A DNA stretch of 64,000 bases from Octopus bimaculoides (taxonomy: Eukaryota), in contig NC_068992.1 of the NCBI RefSeq assembly GCF_001194135.2, forward strand, positions 27,939,195 through 28,003,194, read 5' to 3'. The first letter of the stretch is position 1; every line of letters begins with the position of its first letter. Below the pieces are notes generated by a model, which was not told the origin of the DNA, ran no database searches, and was given only the letters and a program-made list of their open reading frames with translations. Made by a program: the position numbers and the translations under genes. Positions 50,901 to 64,000 of the stretch are shown in pieces.

Positions 50901-51396
50901 GGCATACCTACACAAGTGTGCCCCTGAACTATGTTTACTCTTAAATACCTGTCAGAGTGTGTAGATTATGATTAGATCGGAATTTAATATATATAATTGG
51001 TCGGCTCGTACACATAAATACTGATACACATTACATATATACCAAAATGAAATTTCGAAAAAAAAAAAAAAAAAATTGTTATGTGTCAGTATGTATACGA
51101 CTCGACCAGTTTTTCTAATATTAAATTCCTATATAATCGTAATCTAAACGCTCTGAAAGGTATTTGTAGAAGATTTCATTAGAAAATACCCATTTTTCTC
51201 AAAGCCGGCTGGTGTCAATTTTCTGAAACTTCCCACCTCACCCTCACAAACATTTTTCACCATAAATTCCGATATAATCGTAGCCTACACCGTATGAAGA
51301 ATATTTGTAGAAAATTAAATTTAAAAAAATATCCAATTTTTCTAGAAGTTATGGGGAAACAAAGTTGGAGGGGGGGCACATTTGTGTAGGTATGTC
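50901..51396. mobile_element. ~0.5 kb TIR element with nested internal inverted and direct repeats
   Basis: 24 bp TIRs ggcatacctacacaagtgtgcccc / ggggcacatttgtgtaggtatgtc; internal hairpin about 50962-51145; direct repeat about 51120-51200 vs 51262-51345. Confidence 0.7.
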
Positions 51397-52549
51397 AATA
51401 ACAACATTACAAAATATACAATACCAAAGAGTATTTTTTTTTTACTCCTAATTGGAAGAGTTACCCGCCCTCCTATCTTTACATCATCTTAGCCATTCAC
51501 CCAGTGTTGAATATCTCTGGTTAACGAAACAACCCAGCAACTATTCACTGCACATGCACCGTCTTCTGACTCATATAATATGAAATACAACAAATGTTAT
51601 GTCACTGTATCGACATGCGAGCATATATGTGTAGCAAAAGTAACAAGAAACATGAATGATAGTCATGCCTCTCCCTGCACAAATAAAAACTTAGCCTATA
51701 GCTACAAAAAAAAAAAATGTTTAACACCAGGTCAGTTCTGACTGAGCAAGAAGGCCCGTTATAAAAAGCGTTCTAACCATGACCAAATCTAGATAGATAT
51801 TCATACTTTGTCTATTCAACTGTCTCACTTCAAAACAGTGTTTAACATTAGTCACCGAGAAAATACAGAAATGTTCCAGCAAGTCAGCTTCATACCTCGA
51901 ATTCTAGCTTCTATGCAGGCGATTGATCTTTCCAAATGTAGCAGCCACAACAAACCTTTATCAACAAACTGTTTTTGAATTCAAATCTTGTTGAGGTCGA
52001 CTTTGACTTTCATTCTCTCGAGGGTCGATAAAATAAATACAATTTGTTCGATCGTTTGTAAGTGTTCTTTAATTGTCTGCTTAAATAGAAATTCAGCATG
52101 AGCTACTCCGAAAATATCAACAACGACGACCAACCAATGAGAGAGAGACAGAGACAGAGCATCTATGCAGCCCTTCGACCTGTTAAACAGAAATAGCAGC
52201 CAAATCTTTCTCAAATCATATCCTATCGTCTTAAAAAAAAAAAAAAACACATGTTAATGCAATCACAGGTATGCCAACAGATGAGATGGTCACAACTGGA
52301 ATGTCCTTTATCACACACAAGTCTGTTCGATGAAGGCTGATTTTGGTTAACAAACAACGAGGCCAGTGTGAATAATCATTCACAGTTGGTGTGTGTCTAT
52401 AGACCTACATGGGATTCTTTCTCTCTCTCCTGGTGAATGCTTCTGTCCAAAACGTTATTTCTTCATTTAGATTCTTACTGTGGAAATAAATGCCTCTCTG
52501 TCTGTATACATCACTTGCATTAATGCATGCAGCATGCATCTGTGTATAA

Positions 52550-53350
52550 GTTCCCTTCGTCACAAAACAGCATTTCAAACATTTCTTGTTGAGGGAAAAG
52601 AGAAACCGGCGGTGGTGGTGAGGCTGTCAAAGAAGTGTGTGTGTATACGGGCGGAGGGGGGTGTCAATAGTAAAAGGGGTGGTAAGAATTTAATAGGTAG
52701 AAGTGTCAATGGTGGTGCGATGTAGATAGATAGAGAGAGTAAAAGAGGAAGGAAGGGGTCGGTGTCAGTGGTAGTAAGAGTAACAATCGTAGTTGAAGTA
52801 GCGAAGTGCTACAACTGATTTCATTGGCTGGAAAGTGGACTAGTCGGTGTTATGAAGGGGAGGAGGAGGTGAGAGGTTAAGTCAGCAACAATAGTATCGT
52901 AGAGTGAGGGGGGTAATGATTAGAGAGAGGGGAGGAGAGGGGATGACAATGGTGGTAGTAGTAAAATTAGCGAGGGGGAGAGAGAGAGCGTAGTTAATTA
53001 GTGGTGGTGGCGGTGGTAATGTTTATTAACACCAGTTCTCCCATATGTCATTTTGTTTTTGTCAAGTATTGTTTCCGTGTGTTCGGCTTCCCCCGCCACA
53101 CAACACCACTTCACTCTCCCGCCCTTCTCATTCAGCTCCGTAAACATTCTATGTTAACAGTTGACACGAGAAAACCTGGTTAACGAAGTCAGATTTGAAC
53201 AACTTTGTTGTTTGTTTGCTTCTGCTTGTTGATTTTACGGCACATGTATCCGAGTTTGAGGGCGAATTACCGCTGGAATAACAAGGTAGCCGGCAGAGGA
53301 GGAGGCATCGTAAAAAGTGGATCAGAGGAATTAAGTACCAGTCAGATTTG
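52550..53350. promoter_or_regulatory. CpG-retaining, GC-richer island; possible promoter region of the F-box gene
   Basis: Local excess of CG dinucleotides and GGCGG/GGGCG motifs against a CpG-poor background, 4-5 kb upstream of the F-box exon's splice acceptor (48443); no TSS evidence. Confidence 0.3.
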
Positions 53351-56300
53351 TTGTTCTTGAATTATATAATTCCATTCACATTAAGGGGGTTATTATTAGA
53401 ACAAACAACACCCCGAATTATGACTGGTATTTTATTTTATCGACACTGATTTCAATAGGATTTGAAAGTAAACGCAAACGACCGTAACCTGCAAGACATT
53501 GTGTTCGACAAGTTCTGTAAATCCACCAATGTTTTGCGAGTGGGGATATAGCTTGCTCGTAAGCTAATTTCGGTATATCGTTGCTTATATTGAGTTTTAG
53601 AATCTGCGTTTGCACTAGTTCGTATGTGTTTGACCTTTAACTGCCCTAGTTCAAATGTTGCAGCGAGAAAGGCAACTTAACATAGACAAGCAACCGGCAG
53701 TTTACTTCTACAGAATATAGGGATCAAATTTGCAGGTCCTGATGACTTATACAAAATAAACGTAGTCTACAGTTTTGGGTCTATCTGTTTCTTCTCTACT
53801 TTTTATTTAAAACCAGATACACATGCCTTTAACCAACTTTCCAGGTATAATTAATTGCCTGTTGGTTTCCATAAAATTTTGTGGGGCTTTTGGTAAAAGG
53901 TCACCGGATTTCCTCTTGAACAGTTTAAATTCTAAGACAAAACTTAACCCTGCAAAGTTAATAGAATAAGTTTCATCTATTTGCAAGTCAAAATTCAAGT
54001 TAGTTTCTATGATTGGTAATGGCCATTTTGTTTAAGTTCCAACCCACACACCACGGTAAAGGCATGAATGTTGAACATCCCATTTCTCTTACTTATAAGC
54101 AAAATGGAGTGTGTTTGAAATTTGTGGACAAGGAAATCAATCACACGGAGCTGATATAATATTACATGTTGTAGTCCGAAGTGAGCTCAGGTTAAGTAGA
54201 ATTACGTACTTCGGTTCTCACCGTAACCACTTCGCTTTTTTTTTTCCATGCATATTTGTATGTCCACATTATCGATTTTAGGCACATTTAGCTACAATGT
54301 CCAGTAATACGTTTTGAAATGGTGGCATTAGCACTTGTTCAATATACCCAAACAAAACTTTATATACATAGAAGTATTTAAATCAAACATTTGGGAGCAG
54401 CACATAGGATATGCTGTGCTTCAGTTGCAGTGTGCAATAACACTGCACACTTGTGCAGCACAGATGCACTGCGTGAGGAGACTAAAAGCAGGCAGGTTGA
54501 CGTCCTAAGATAGTAAGTGCATCTGTTCTTAAAAGAACATTAGTAAACAAGAATGCGTTTATCTACACGCTACCTTAGGGTTCCAGTGAAACGATAAAAG
54601 CAATAAAAAATATATACAACAAATCAAAGGAGCTGCCACTGTTAACTCTGAGCAATGCAGAGGATATTTATGCTGTTTCTGTTCAGGGCCTGGTTTTTCG
54701 ACTATGTTCGTGTCGCTCTCATTCCGCCACCAACCTGCTTCTCTCTCACATTCTCAGTATATGCAGCACTGTCTCCCTCTTGTCTCTTCTGTCATCCAAT
54801 ACACAGTCTCCTATAATATTCTATCTAGCTGCTTACGTTGAACATATCTAAACCATTTCCATCTGTTTCTCGCATGCCACTCATTGATTGATTGAGATAA
54901 CTTTGCTAACATCTCTTATTATTTTTCTATTTCTTTCACTGTCTTACTACCCGATGCCAAAAACCCCGCCACCGCCAACTGCCCTTTACTAAATGAACAA
55001 GCAGAAGCGTCTGGATATGATTACACTGATGATGGCACAACTCTACTCCAACCACCCATGAAATCTTTATTTTTTTACAGGTTGTTACTAACATGGTCCC
55101 AGGTGTACTGTTTGGGCAAAGAAGAATGAACAGTACTAGTTGAAAGGTCTTTGAGCATAGGTTTACTCAACCAGGAATAAACATGAACTTGAAAGAAAAA
55201 AAAAACATTAACTGCATGTAAGTAAAGCTTCTATTTTCCACATGGCTGTGTGGTTAGAAAGCTTGTTTCTTAATCACAGTTTCCTGTTCAGTCCCAATAC
55301 TTGGCACCTTGGGCAGGTGTCTTCTGCTATAGTCTCAGGCCGACCAAAACCTTGTGATTGAATTTGGTAGGCGGAAGTTCTCGTCATGTGTGTACATGTG
55401 CGTGTAAGCGCTTGTACCTCATAACTGTTTGCAGATGTTCAAAGTTAATAATGTGAAGACTGGAATCGACACATAATTGGCATCACTACCTTCCCTCCAT
55501 TTCTCTGCATCAATTACTTCTACTAACTAAACAGAATGTTTTGCTGAGAAGGTCAAATAACGCTGAAACATGTCTGTTACTCACCAATTGCCTTTAAAAA
55601 ACCAGATCTACTCTGATATGCATTATCTATATCAATAATTTTCAATTGTTTTTCCATCCACAGCTAACTGAATAAAAAACTAAATGTGTTGTAGCAAGCA
55701 ATCAGCTTATTTAACAGTTTTATAATCTTATCTTTTACTTGTTTCAGTCATTAGATTGCAACCATGCTGGGGCACCTCTTTGAGGAATTTTAGTCAAACA
55801 AATCGATTTTATTTTATAAAGCCTGATACTAATTCCATTGGTCTGTTTTGCTGAACTGCTAAGTTACAGGAATGTAAACACACTGACACTGATTGTCAAG
55901 CAGTGGTGGAGGGCAAACAAAGATACTCTCACATCCATAAACATGGCCTTCTTTCGGTTTCCATCTACCAAATTCACTCACAAGGCTTTGGTCAGCCTGA
56001 GGCCAAAGTAGAAAACGTTTGCTCAATGTACCATGCAGTGGGACTGAACCCAGAACCCTGTGGTCAGGAAGAAAACTTCTTACCACACAGACATGCCTGT
56101 GACTATTTCCATATATGATGGCCAAAAAGACACATAGGCATATTAGACACACCTCAATCTCAACATTGCATTATCAGGATAAAGAAAGTTTTTAGTGCTT
56201 TAGTGTATGTAATACAGACCCAAACTAGAATATTGCACCCCAGGGTGAATCTTTTTTCAGGGGAAAAAGTGCAAACTCATTATATGCCATCAAATATGGT

Positions 56301-56965
56301 ATATAATAAAAAAAAAAAAAAATTAAAATTGTTTTAAGGTAGAGATGGACATGTGCAGGCATGGCCATGTGGTAAGCAGTTTGCTTACCAACCACATGCT
56401 TCTGGGTTCAGTTCCACTGCATGGCACCTTGAGGATGTGTCTTCTACTATAGCCTCAGGCCAACCAAAGCCTTGTGAGTGGATTTGATAGATGGAAACTG
56501 AAAGAAGCCTGCCATATGTGTATGTGACTTTGTGCCTGTCCTCCCCAACACCAATTGACAACTAGTGTGTTTGTGTCCTTGTAACTTCGCAGTTCAGCAA
56601 AAGCAGCCGAGAAAAGTACTAAGCTTAAAAAACAAATAAGTACTGAAGTCAATTCTTTTGACTAAAAATTCGTCAAGGCAGTGCCCCAGCATGGCCACAG
56701 TCTTACAACTGAGACAAGCAAACAATAAATGCTAAAAGATAACGACTCTTTGCACTTTGCTGCAAAGAAATACACATGCACAAGTGTGATGTAGTAAAAA
56801 CGCAGGTTTTCTATACCTTGGCCATTTTCTGATTTGACACAAAAACATGAGGCACAGTTGGTGAAGACATCAGTTTTTTTCTCTTGCCCAAATATTTTGA
56901 TCAATTGATCTTATTGGTGCTATCTCTGGAGTTTGTTGTTTTCAGATTTTAAACATAATCACTAG

Positions 56966-57109
56966 AGTGGCTGTGTGGTAAGTGGCTTGCTTACTAACCA
57001 GATGGTTCCAGGTTCAATCCAACTGCGTGGCACCCTGGGCAAGTGTCTTCTATTATAGCCTCGGGCCGACCAAAGGCTTGTGAGTGGATAAGTCTGTCGT
57101 GTATCTGTG

Positions 57110-57158
<49 letters not shown>

Positions 57159-57355
57159 TTGTCTCCTCAACATCGCTTGAGAACGGATACTGTGGGGTGT
57201 TCATGTCCCTGTAACTTAGCAGTTCAGCAAAAGAGACTGACAGAATAAGTACTAGGCTTACAAAGAATAAGTCCTGGGATTGATTTGCTCGACTAAAGGT
57301 GGTACTCCAGCATGGACGCAGTCAAATGACTTAAACAAATAAAAGAATAAAAGAA
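56966..57355 (+). mobile_element. Abundant SINE family with a central (TA/TG)n tract (representative copy)
   Basis: Shared blocks gggcaagtgtcttc, gccttgtgagtggatttggtaga, gtaacttagc.gttc.gcaaaagagac and ctccagcatgg; other copies at about 6690-7945 (split), 8727-9050, 17882-18095(-), 22120-22300, 27205-27320, 49560-49930, 55737-56095(-), 56365-56740 and 63170-63310(-). Confidence 0.8.
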
Positions 57356-57893
57356 CCCTGAAGGGAGTTTTTATTTACCAACTGCTCAGGTAATCTATAT
57401 TAAGCTGATTGAAGTTTTTCAACTCATTATATTATATATGAAAAGTGCAGCGACATATATGATGAGAGAGTGTGTGTGTGTGAGGAGTGACGGATTTGTG
57501 TGACTGGGTCAGTTAAGTCACATATGTTGAGTTACAAAATAGAAAGGAGGTCGAAGAAGGAAAGCAAAAACAATTTGAAATTTGAACTGCAAATCATTCG
57601 ACTTACTCAAAGTTGAAACCCAAACCACTGTAACTTCAGCTGTTTTGTAGAAAGGTCAATTGTCTTTGACCTGTTCACCTGGTCACTGTTTAAACAACAG
57701 CAGATATTTAAATCAGATCAACCTAAAAAGAGAGAGAGAAAAGAAAGAAAAGTGATTTAAACAGTAGCATGACACAAGATAAACATAATCTGATAGTTTG
57801 AGATATCAATAATCTTAACAAGGCCATTAACAACAGAGCTCAATTATTTTTCAGATTTCTTTTTTAATTGTCTTCACAAAGCAGCAAAAACAT

Positions 57894-57929
<36 letters not shown>

Positions 57930-58144
57930 GATAGTTGTGAAGAAAGGAATGGTGGTCACAGCCTTCGGTAAGCATTTCTTAGACAGGTAACATTGATGCC
58001 ATTAATGTTCTAGAACCTAAGTTAACACTGGTATGGGAGTGGATTTGGGATGGTAGGGGGAAGGAGGGCAATTCTGGTAAGGAAGCAAAGGATGTAGTGC
58101 TTAGAGCAGGACCAAAAAGTGTATGGATGGCTGAATACCTAAGT

Positions 58145-58463
58145 CAGTGGACCTCAACCATTTATAACTGTGGACCCCTTTGATTACTATTTTATTCTTT
58201 TTGTGGAGCCCCTCCTCCAGCGATTTGAGGTTTCACAATTCTTACTTTGTTTTACAGCCATTCACTTGTGAGAACAGGTTTCAGTGGCCAAAATATATAT
58301 CAAATTAAATATTAGAGAAAGAAACCTAAGTGTTCCAAGCAATAAATACATGCAACGCAAAATATTTCCATGGACTCTTAAACTACAACTGTGAATCCCC
58401 AAAATCTAATATTGACCCCCACTCCCACCCCAGGGTCAAATGGACTCTGATTGAGAACTACTG
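58145..58463. mobile_element. hAT-type MITE
   Basis: TIRs cagtggacctcaacc / gattgagaactactg; degenerate 8 bp TSD acctaagt / actgaagt. Confidence 0.68.
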
Positions 58464-61400
58464 ACTGAAGTGGAAGAGCCAGTTCCAAAGGGCAGGAGCT
58501 CCCTGTACATATGTATATATAATGCCCTGCTAAAGCTTTATAAAAGAAGAAAAAAAAACAAAAGAGAGATAAAGGCATGTGAGAAATCAGTAAAGTCAAA
58601 GAATATCATTTAAAAAAATAGCAAAAAATAGCACCGAGACCTGGATGGGAAGCTCAATGGAGCAAAGATCAAAGAAATAATTCTGTGATTTTTAATTCTA
58701 TAAGCATAAAACATTGGAGTATATCACAGAAAGTTGAACCAAATAAATTTGTATCACACCACAAGCATAGTGGTGTTTGTGATGAATAACTTAATTCTTA
58801 AATGAGATAATCTGCTTAAATGTAAACAGTTACCCTAAAGAAGGAAGGACTTATCACTGTAGACAGTGGCACCCCTCTTAAGCTGACGAGTTCAATTCTT
58901 CAAGTGGATCTAATGAAATAGCATCTGTATTTGAACCTATATCATATAGTCTTTTAGTAGTTATGGTTTTCTCTATCATAGATTTGGATCCCATTTGATT
59001 AGAAGCTCCATGTGTTTGTTGGTGCAGAACAGTCCATTTCATTATAAATTCAGTGTGTATTTTCATCTGACACCAAAGTTGATATTCAATCTAAAAGAGA
59101 TGCCATGACATTTGGCCTTTTGGCTACTGAAAACGTTTGCTAAATGGAATGGGTTAAAATGGTCAGTTATTAACATAGAAACTAGGTTACTGACTCAATA
59201 AATTAGGCTTATATAACCTTTTAACTAGATTTTTTTAATTGGCAAAAGAAAAAAAGTGTTAACAAAAGGAAAGGAAGAAAGAAAAATTCTTTTGGCAAGT
59301 GTCATGTTTCTAAATTGGTTTTATTGTTCTGTCTGCTACTTAGAAAAAGAAGAAAAAAATCTCTCCAAAGGACAATCTTTTTCTCTTTCCAAACATCCAA
59401 TTCAAAAATAACTGGAAATTTTAGATTTTGCCATGTCACATGAACAGGCATTTAATTCAATTTTTCAGTGTATTTAATGGTTAGGTGACGATGTAGCACT
59501 ACTGACCAAATAATTAGAATTTCAATTAGTAACCCTCCTTTATGAAATACACAAATGCGCACCACACAAGGATATTGTTTACATGTCCAGAATGATTCAC
59601 AAACTATATTCTCTCATTCACAAGACTTACATACAAGGAATAATTTGTCCACTCCACAAGCAAATTCAACCTCACAATGGTGGCCAACTGTTGAGTAGAG
59701 ACCTCTTTCTTTCTGATTTAACTAATATTACAATATTTGCTAATCAATTCTTTTCTGTTTTATGCTCACATTTTTATGCTAAAACATGTCTTTGAACATT
59801 CGTTTGCATTTCATGCTGTTGGAGTAATTGTTTGGATAATACTCCTGTTGCTAATCACTCAACTGTGAAATGAGAGAGAGAGAGAGAGACAGCACCTGCT
59901 AAAATAGACAAGTTATGGTTGGCTGAGTAATGACTAACAATACTTATCCCCACTCAATTTCTATGCTGCCTCACCTCTATGCACTTGAAGTACACAAACT
60001 AATGAGAGAGCTTTTGTGGTTGCTTTACTTGCTAGAAACAATAGTCAAACCTCCCTCGTTACACCCTACTGTCTTAAAACGAGAAGTATGTATCGGCAAG
60101 TGTAAACTATCAAAGTTGAGATAGCTATGACTATGATCAGACGCCCGTGACCAGTGGTCTGTCTGTTCTATCAGGACTGACTTGCAGCTAAATAATAAGA
60201 CTATCTATTCCACTCATCCACTACTTTATCTACTTTGGTCTTTGTCCATACTGCAACCCTGCCAGCAGCAAATCCTACTGAATACACTGACTGTAAGTTT
60301 AATAGAGGATAAGAAGGCCTTCAGTAATTCTTCTCTTCTGCCTTGTCGGATTAACAAAATAAATACAAGCTAGAACTTAGCAACACTGCTTATCTGATGG
60401 CTATTTTTGCATATAGGAAGAAATTACCTTGAATAAAACTACAAACAAAAGATGTAAAAATCATAAATAAATGAACTTGAACAGAATCTTTGATAATTTT
60501 TTTTTTTGTTTTTTTGTCCTGTCAAGAATCTAATCAGCAAATGGTTGATTATAAATGGTGCAGCTCAATGTTTTGAAACAGTGGAGCTTATCTCTGTTAC
60601 TATAAATAGTTAGAGAAGCTATATTCATCTTGTACCACAAATAAAACTGACTTGGCTTTCTTTAAACTACCAAGGGTCACTCAATCAAAGACGTCAATCA
60701 TAATTATTAAGTGGTGAGTTGGCAGACTTGTTTAAGCAAATAAAAAAAAATAAATAAAAATTTAAAAAATGACCCTGTGGCATTTCTTCTGGTTCTTTAC
60801 GTTCTGAGTTCAAATCCTGTCAAGGTTAGTTTTACTTTATGTTCTTTCAGAGTCAATAAAATAAAGTACCAGTCACATACTTAAGGCGATGAAACTGACT
60901 AACCCACTTCCCTTCAAAACTGCTGGCCTTGCACCTAAATTAGAAACTATTGTATCAGGAAAAATAGAACACCAGATAAAATGCCTTGTGGTATTTAGTT
61001 ACATCCCTGCCTGTGTTGGTTTTGCTATTTGTGAACTTAGAGCCATAACAGAAGTCACCCAAGCAGAAGAGGGCCTTCCTTTCACTGCTTGGAGGACTTC
61101 TGTCCAAGGCCTTGTGTGTCATTAAGGAGTATGAGGGAGGGGTGGTGGAAGAAATGGTAGGGTACCAGAGAAAATCTGGTCCTCTTTACAGCAGGGTCCA
61201 AATCCTATATGAAGCTCACTGACTTCCATCATTGATAGTAAGTACCAGTTATGTACTGAGGTTGATTCTGCTGAATCTACTCCATCCACTATTCCTGGGA
61301 GGGTGGTGGGGCCAGAGTCCTCAGGTACCTCCACCATAGTTCTATCAGAAGCAATCATCATTAGATTTTCTGGATGGATTCTCAAGCATGACTAACTGAG

Positions 61401-62026
61401 ACTATGGATCTTACCCAACCATCTTATTCTTATTTAACCCTAGGTCTCCTACTAATTGGATTGAGTTGGCTTCAAGAATCCATCTTGTGAATCCATTCTT
61501 TCCTGTGATGTTCTAATCACATGTTTGTAGTACCAGCTCAACCTGGAGAGACTCCCTAATCTCTGAGCAACACACTAGTGAATAATGTTACTCCCGTTAT
61601 CATTTAGAGAAACCCTATTTTGGCCACTTGTATTTTATGATGAAGGATTTTTTTTTTTAAATATGCTAATTTTTTTACACCTAAACAACTACAATATTAT
61701 ACATTTGCTTAGATATTCTCTCTTAGGTATTACTATTTTGGCAAGTATGGTTCAATGAGAAGGTCTAATAAAGTCAAAACATGTTTAGAGTTACCTCCCA
61801 TATTTGCCAGATTCGCTTTTTAAGCTCACTACATTAAATATTTTAGCCTTAACTCCACGATAAGTTTGCCTTTCAGATGGCTTGTCTTTTGGTAAAAAAA
61901 AAAAAAAGGGTAAGGTGGGGTGCAATCTAATATTTGATTTTTGTTATTTGACCTCCAAATGAACCATGATTGGAGAACTATTGATATAAGACATTCTAGC
62001 CATGCCCATTCAGTTTTTTTCTTTAA

Positions 62027-62246
62027 CCCTTTAGCATTCAGATTATTCTGTCAAATGTAATGCTTATTTATTCATATTGTTTTCAATCAATCATGCATTA
62101 TCTTGTAGCTTTGAAATTTCGATTATGGGATTGTTTACTTTTAGCATGACATTGTAGGGTAGGTGTGAAAGACAGGATTTGACCAGTTTGAGCATAAAAC
62201 AAACAGAATATTTTGGCCGGATATAGCCAGTTTAAATACTAAAGGG
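62027..62246. mobile_element. piggyBac-type MITE, 220 bp
   Basis: TTAA|CCCTTTAGCATT...ACTAAAGGG|TTAA. Confidence 0.82.
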
Positions 62247-62594
62247 TTAAACAATTTCATTAGGACTGTATTATGCAACATGTCCAGTCTTTGTAAATCA
62301 ATAACTAAGGTATGTGATAACATGTTAGAGCACTGATCTATGATGCAGTGTGATGTGGGTGTAACAGAGCTAATAAGTGAAGCAAAGAACTTCACAAAAT
62401 ATAAATAAAACATGCAACATGAGGATAATTCTAATGGAATGGTTTTAAATGGCAGCTGGTTTTATTAGCATGATATAGAATGGTTCCATCAGAACAGAAT
62501 GATGTTTAAAATACACAGTTATTGTTATCACAAAGTATTAGAAAGCATAGCTGAACAACTGACAGAAAACAAAACTCACACACAGATTCACTCA

Positions 62595-62629
<35 letters not shown>

Positions 62630-63413
62630 CACAATTTCTCTCTCTCTCTCTCTCTCCTTCTCCCCTCTCTCTACTATATTTTTAGTTATGCATTCTTCTT
62701 ACTACATAAGCAGCTGAGGTTATCAAGTGCAATCTATTCATAGTTTATTTCTACAAAAAGTCAAAATAATTTTTCATGTTTGCAGGGGCTACACAGACAC
62801 ACACACACACACACAAACAGATGTATATGTATAGACACATGGTACAAACAGCTGTGCGTGTGTGTTGTTAAAACAATGTATCATACAAAATGCATTTTGT
62901 TTTGTCCACAAGAAACATAAGGATGTTTCCAGACATATTTGTATGGTTGTCTGTTTGTCTAATATCAATTTTTTCGATGGTATTATGGATTGGATGACAC
63001 CATATTTCAGGCAGGATTTCACGGTTGGATGCTCTTCCTGCTGGCCATCCTTAGGGGATTTCTGACTCCACAGTGACTGGTCATAATGTCAACAACAACA
63101 ACAACAAATCTGAACACAACACTGCTTTATTCAAGGAAATTCGTGGAATGCTAATATGGACATGCACACACACATATACAATGGCCTTTCTACAATTTCC
63201 ATTAAGCAAATTCTCCTAGAAGACATTGGTCAGTCAGAGGCTGTAGTTGAAAACACTTGGCCAAGATTCTGTGTGCAGTGGCACTGAACCCGGAATGATG
63301 ATGCCGCAAAGGGAACTTCATAACTACAAAACCAAACCCACACATACTTGCACGCGAAATGAAAAGTGAGGGAAATAGCACAAAGACAAATATATGGTAT
63401 ATCAAAACAATAT

Positions 63414-63731
63414 GTGGAGGCGCAATGGCTCAGTGGTTAGGGCAGCAGACTCGTGGTCAGAGGATCGCAGTTTTGATTCCCAGACCGAGCGTTGTGTGTG
63501 TTTATTGAGCGAAAACACCTAAAGCTCCACGAGGCTCCGGCAGGGGGTGGTGGCAACCCCTGTTGTACTCTGTCACCACAACTTTCTCTCACTCTTTCTT
63601 CCTGTTTCTTAACTAAAACTGCGATGGACTGGTGTCCCATCCAGCTGGGGGCGGGGTGAACACATATGCCATAGAAACCGGGAAACCGGGCCCATGAGCC
63701 TGGCTAGGCTTTAAAAGGGCGCATAAATAAA
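63414..63731 (+). mobile_element. tRNA-derived SINE with the same head but a different 3' module
   Basis: First ~190 nt match the 18161 copy; then actgcgatggactggtgtcccatccag...gggcgcataaataaa; 15 bp TSD atatcaaaacaatat (63399-63413 / 63732-63746). Confidence 0.82.
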
Positions 63732-64000
63732 ATATCAAAACAATATAGAAAATACTGGATTCACTGAAATTATCCTTGCTTACAGAGAGAGTAGAACACA
63801 CACATTATGGCAAAATGGCACCAACTCCTAATGAGAGGAGGACGTGAATTCAAGCATCAACAATTCTTCAAGATTAATATACCTTTAAGGAAAAGTAAGT
63901 CAGATTGTTTGGAAACAAGAAGAGAGCTGTGGACATGGATTTCTGTCTTATTAGGTGTATCAGTATAGCAGTTGTCCTACCTTATCTCCAGTGGTCACTT

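Overview
AT-rich eukaryotic genomic window with six N-gaps. The SINE/RTE repeat landscape and (TA)n/(GT)n microsatellites suggest a cephalopod, probably Octopus (inference). It holds three host genes. (1) The last seven coding exons of a sorting nexin SNX25 orthologue (+, 91-10876). (2) An NSUN5 rRNA m5C methyltransferase (ATG 17558, stop 35403). Two of its internal exons (31873-31758 and 30579-30401) lie on the opposite strand, inside a ~2.5 kb segment bracketed by inverted copies of a ~0.7 kb repeat, and one further expected exon was not found. (3) A single-coding-exon F-box/LRR-type gene (-, 48252-47185). The rest is mobile DNA: CR1-like and RTE LINE fragments, several SINE families, a full-length decayed DD37D (maT) transposon, a Tc1 remnant, piggyBac- and hAT-type MITEs, long fold-back elements and a Helitron cluster. 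A Penelope-like inverted-repeat element carries a minimal type I hammerhead ribozyme motif (2055-2100). All calls come from manual reading; protein family assignments rely on remembered motifs, not database searches.
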